Shown here in pieces: positions 28,445 through 31,549 of a DNA stretch of 31,549 nt; position 1 is the stretch's first letter; the number at the start of each line of letters is the position of its first letter. The DNA lies in the NCBI GenBank assembly GCA_051866635.1, contig JBJDXJ010000043.1, positions 1 to 31,549 of the forward strand, read 5' to 3'. Both the position numbers and the translations under genes were made by a program. Under the pieces are notes generated by a model, which saw only the letters and a list, made by a program, of their open reading frames with translations, made no database searches and was not told the DNA's origin. This DNA is from Clostridia bacterium (lineage in GTDB: Bacteria; Bacillota; Clostridia; UMGS1883).

Positions 28445-29239
28445 ATGGCAATCATTGAAGAAGCCAATATGTTGCTGAAATTTGAAAATTTAACTATAAA
28501 AATATTAAAAATAAGTCACGGTGTTTTCTATAAGCCATTTCAAAGGCACCGCCACGGCAAAAACTTTTACGAACTTCACTACACAGTAAGCGGTGGAGGA
28601 ACCCTTGTCACCGATGAGGGAGAATTTGAGCTTGAAAAAGGGATGATATACATGACGGGTCCTCTTGTTTATCATGAACAGCTGACCGATACAGAAAACC
28701 CAACGGAAGAATACTGTATTCAAATGGAAATTATCCCCTCAAAAAAATCTGATGCTCACCCGGCGGCAAATCTTTTAACCGAAACGCATTTTTGGATAGG
28801 CAAAGATTTTCACAATATTCTCCCTTATTTTGAATCTATAAGCGAAGAATGTATGCGTAAACGCATAGGCTATATCCAGTCCACCATAAGCCTTGTATCC
28901 CTTATCCTTGTTTCCCTTGTACGTAACTACTCCCACGACGTTGAACAATCTGTATTTGAAAAAAGTTCTCCCGACTATAAAAAGCTCAATATTGTAGAAG
29001 GTAGCTTTTTCAACGACTACAGAACATTAACTCTTGAGGAATTGAGTCAAAGGCTTAATTTAAGCCCCAGGCAAACTCAACGCTTTCTTGAAAAGAACTA
29101 CTCCAAAAGCTTTTCCGAGTTAAAATCGGAAGCACGGCTTAATATAGCAAAAAAGCTTATCCGTGAGGGTTGGAGCATTCACGATGCCGCCGTAGCTGTA
29201 GGCTACAGCGATGCACGCAGTATTAAGAATAAGCTCTGA
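28445..29239 (+). CDS. AraC-family transcriptional regulator (cupin sensor + HTH)
   Basis: RHRHGKNFYELHYTVSGGG...HEQ cupin; LTLEELSQRLNLSPRQTQRFLEKNYSKSF...ARLNIAKKLI...AAVAVGYSD. Confidence 0.9.
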   Translation: MAIIEEANMLLKFENLTIKILKISHGVFYKPFQRHRHGKNFYELHYTVSGGGTLVTDEGEFELEKGMIYMTGPLVYHEQLTDTENPTEEYCIQMEIIPSKKSDAHPAANLLTETHFWIGKDFHNILPYFESISEECMRKRIGYIQSTISLVSLILVSLVRNYSHDVEQSVFEKSSPDYKKLNIVEGSFFNDYRTLTLEELSQRLNLSPRQTQRFLEKNYSKSFSELKSEARLNIAKKLIREGWSIHDAAVAVGYSDARSIKNKL

Positions 29240-29297
29240 TTAAAGTTTTAGTTTTCCCATCTGGTATTGTTTATAATTAATAAGGAGGCTCTCTTTT

Positions 29298-31301
29298 ATG
29301 AAGAAAGTTATTTCATCGATTATTTCATTACTAATTTTTTCAAGCATTGCATCTGCAATTCATGCAGAAGAGGTAAATTACCCTTCCTTTATGGAATGCT
29401 TTGACCCTATGCCCATAGTTGAAGAATTATCCTCTACAGCATGGGGTTCCGATTTAGTGGGTCCCAGAGACCAATCCAACGGCTTAGAAGATAGAACAAT
29501 GTCAGATTTCGCCTACTGGGATGGAGGCATAATAAAGGACGACGAAACAGGTAAATACTATATGTTTGCCAGCAAATGGGACGAGGCACAAGGTCACAAC
29601 GGCTGGAAAAATTCAGTAGCCGTTTACGCCGTAAGCGATAACTTGTGTGGCCCTTATATTGAACAGGAGGGTCTTTTATGGCCCGACAATAAAAACGGTG
29701 CAGGTCATAATGTTTTTCCCTTTAAACTTAAAGAAAACGACCCTTACGGAAAATATGCCATTATTAACAGCGATAACGGTCGCCCTGGTGATATTTTTGT
29801 GGCAGACGACTTAGACGGACCATGGACTTTCTGCACATCTATCACATCCAACATGAAAGGTTCAGGATTTACTGCGGTCAATGTTGCAGTATTTCTCCGC
29901 CCTGACGGAAAATATGAAGCATTAGGCAGGCACGGCGACATTGCCATTGCCGATGATTTAAAAGGTCCTTGGACTGTTATGGTTGACGCTCTTTGGGAAC
30001 AGATCCCCGGGCTTCCTTACAAGGATGATGACGGTGGCAACCGCTTGGAAGACCCCACAATCTGGTATTCAAACTGCATGTATCACTGTGTGGTAAACCA
30101 TTGGAAACAAAGAAAGGCTTATTATATGACAAGCGAAGATGGCATTACAAACTGGCAGCTTCATTTGGGCAGTGCATATGAACCCGATAGTGACTTTCTC
30201 CATTATACCGATGGTACAGTCAACAACTGGAACAAAATTGAACGCCCCTATGCCTATGTGGAAGACGGACAGCTTAAAGCATTTACCTTTGCGGTAATTG
30301 ACTCACCCAAAGAAGATGACAAAGGCGGCGACACTCACGGTAGCAAAGTAATCGTTGTTCCCTTTAATTCAGAAAAATTAAACAAAGTGCTTGAAGAACC
30401 CTACACCTTGTTTGAAAGAAAAGGTATTGCACCCATAGCTGACAGCAGTATTCAAAGTTGGAGAACGGAAAAGTCCCTCAATTACGGTGGCAATACTCAG
30501 ATGCGTATGCAGGTTAATAATACCGACCCCGCCTACGGTCTTTTCGGTGAAAACATTGAAGGCGGCACGGGCACAGACTGCAAGATAAGCTACCTTACAT
30601 ATGATGTATCTGATTACGACTTGGAAAAAATGGGCAAAGCAACGCTTTCGCTTATCTATAAAAATCAACGTACAGGCAATAGTTCAACCGACTGCATTCG
30701 TGTTTCACTTGCGGAAAACGGGTGGAATGAGGGCGTTGGCAGCGATATTTTAGGAAAGGATGCAGCAAGCGGCGACATTACATGGGCAAATAGACCCTCA
30801 GTTATATATGACCCCGATAATATTAACGGTACTGTTTGCACATCAGACACATTTAACACCTCCGAGCAGTATCAGATAATTGAAATTGATGTTACAAAGC
30901 TCATAAAAAATGCTGATGTAACAGACGGCAAAATAAGCTTTGCTCTTTGCAACACAACCCAAGGCAATACCCTCGCATTTATAACAAAGGAATTCGGCAA
31001 TAAATACAGTGCACTTTTAAACATTGAATATCCCGCATGGCGTAAGGTTGAAACCACAGTAAAAAACATAACAGACACATCCGTTACTATTGAAACCGAA
31101 AGTCAGTATGCAGGCAAATACTTAATGATAGTATCAGCGTATGACAGCAACAATACTTTAACGGATGTTTCAATACAGACTGTTGAAATCCCGGTGGGCA
31201 CACAAGAACACTTTGCAAATATCAACGCAAAAGACAAAAAGATCTCGGTATTCTTCTGGAATATAAGCCTTAATCCCTTTTCAATAAAAGCAGAAAAATA
31301 A
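29298..31301 (+). CDS. Secreted five-bladed beta-propeller glycoside hydrolase (GH43-like clan) with a DNRLRE/CBM96-like module
   Basis: AAGGAGG SD; signal peptide; YWDGGIIKD..GKYYMFAS, LEDPTIWY, SEDGITNW, KIERPY; then IADSSIQ..NYGG..SYLTYDVS..ITWANRPS. Confidence 0.75.
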   Translation: MKKVISSIISLLIFSSIASAIHAEEVNYPSFMECFDPMPIVEELSSTAWGSDLVGPRDQSNGLEDRTMSDFAYWDGGIIKDDETGKYYMFASKWDEAQGHNGWKNSVAVYAVSDNLCGPYIEQEGLLWPDNKNGAGHNVFPFKLKENDPYGKYAIINSDNGRPGDIFVADDLDGPWTFCTSITSNMKGSGFTAVNVAVFLRPDGKYEALGRHGDIAIADDLKGPWTVMVDALWEQIPGLPYKDDDGGNRLEDPTIWYSNCMYHCVVNHWKQRKAYYMTSEDGITNWQLHLGSAYEPDSDFLHYTDGTVNNWNKIERPYAYVEDGQLKAFTFAVIDSPKEDDKGGDTHGSKVIVVPFNSEKLNKVLEEPYTLFERKGIAPIADSSIQSWRTEKSLNYGGNTQMRMQVNNTDPAYGLFGENIEGGTGTDCKISYLTYDVSDYDLEKMGKATLSLIYKNQRTGNSSTDCIRVSLAENGWNEGVGSDILGKDAASGDITWANRPSVIYDPDNINGTVCTSDTFNTSEQYQIIEIDVTKLIKNADVTDGKISFALCNTTQGNTLAFITKEFGNKYSALLNIEYPAWRKVETTVKNITDTSVTIETESQYAGKYLMIVSAYDSNNTLTDVSIQTVEIPVGTQEHFANINAKDKKISVFFWNISLNPFSIKAEK

Positions 31302-31325
31302 ATTCATTATACAGTCCGACAAAAG

Positions 31326-31483
31326 AAGGGCTGTAAAAAAGTCAACACTGAGATAACAAAAAGACCATTTCGGGACTTGATATAATCCCCTTAGAGTAGA
31401 CACTTGAAATAATAAAAATATTTCAAGACTATTCTAAGGGGATTATATCAAAACGATTTAAAAATCATTTTACCACAGCCCTT
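31326..31483. mobile_element. Nested non-autonomous MITE-like palindromic element
   Basis: Inner element 31378-31450 with 18-bp perfect terminal IR TGATATAATCCCCTTAGA (TG...CA ends); outer IR AAGGGCTGT/ACAGCCCTT. Confidence 0.6.
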
Positions 31484-31549
31484 TTTAGTACATTCACGAG
31501 ATTGTAAAATAAAGTGTGTAAGTTAGAAAAAAGCTTGCACACTTTTTGC

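Noticed and set aside
77-31078. Many short ORFs antisense or out of frame within long genes (e.g. 77-454, 1979-2365, 5889-6326, 24091-24570, 30378-30668)
   Set aside because: No SD or recognisable motifs; they shadow well-supported genes
1-31549. tRNA/rRNA genes and conjugation or phage structural genes
   Set aside because: No cloverleaf, rRNA-like tract, relaxase, T4SS or capsid motifs recognised by eye

Overview
Low-GC Clostridia-type DNA (Firmicutes SD sites, sigma-A-like promoters) in two parts. Part 1 (~100-22250) is a defence island. It carries a HipB-HipA toxin-antitoxin pair followed by a second HipA-like kinase, a large serine recombinase, and a tightly coupled 8-gene minus-strand operon: SNF2-like helicase, small Cys-rich protein, DUF4391-like protein, HEPN-motif protein, type III Mod, Zn-ribbon/nucleoside-deoxyribosyltransferase(NDT)-like protein, Schlafen/AlbA_2-HATPase-HTH protein, type III Res. 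A zone of gene remnants follows (including a deleted AbiEii toxin beside an intact antitoxin, and an orphan barstar). Part 2 (~22300-31549) is a carbohydrate locus: secreted domain-permuted GH3, secreted CBM-like protein, decayed GH95-like gene, AraC regulator, secreted GH43-like propeller, then a nested MITE-like palindrome. The best novelty candidate is the helicase-DUF4391-type III R-M backbone with three candidate toxic effectors embedded in it. All family calls come from motif recognition by eye; no database search was run.
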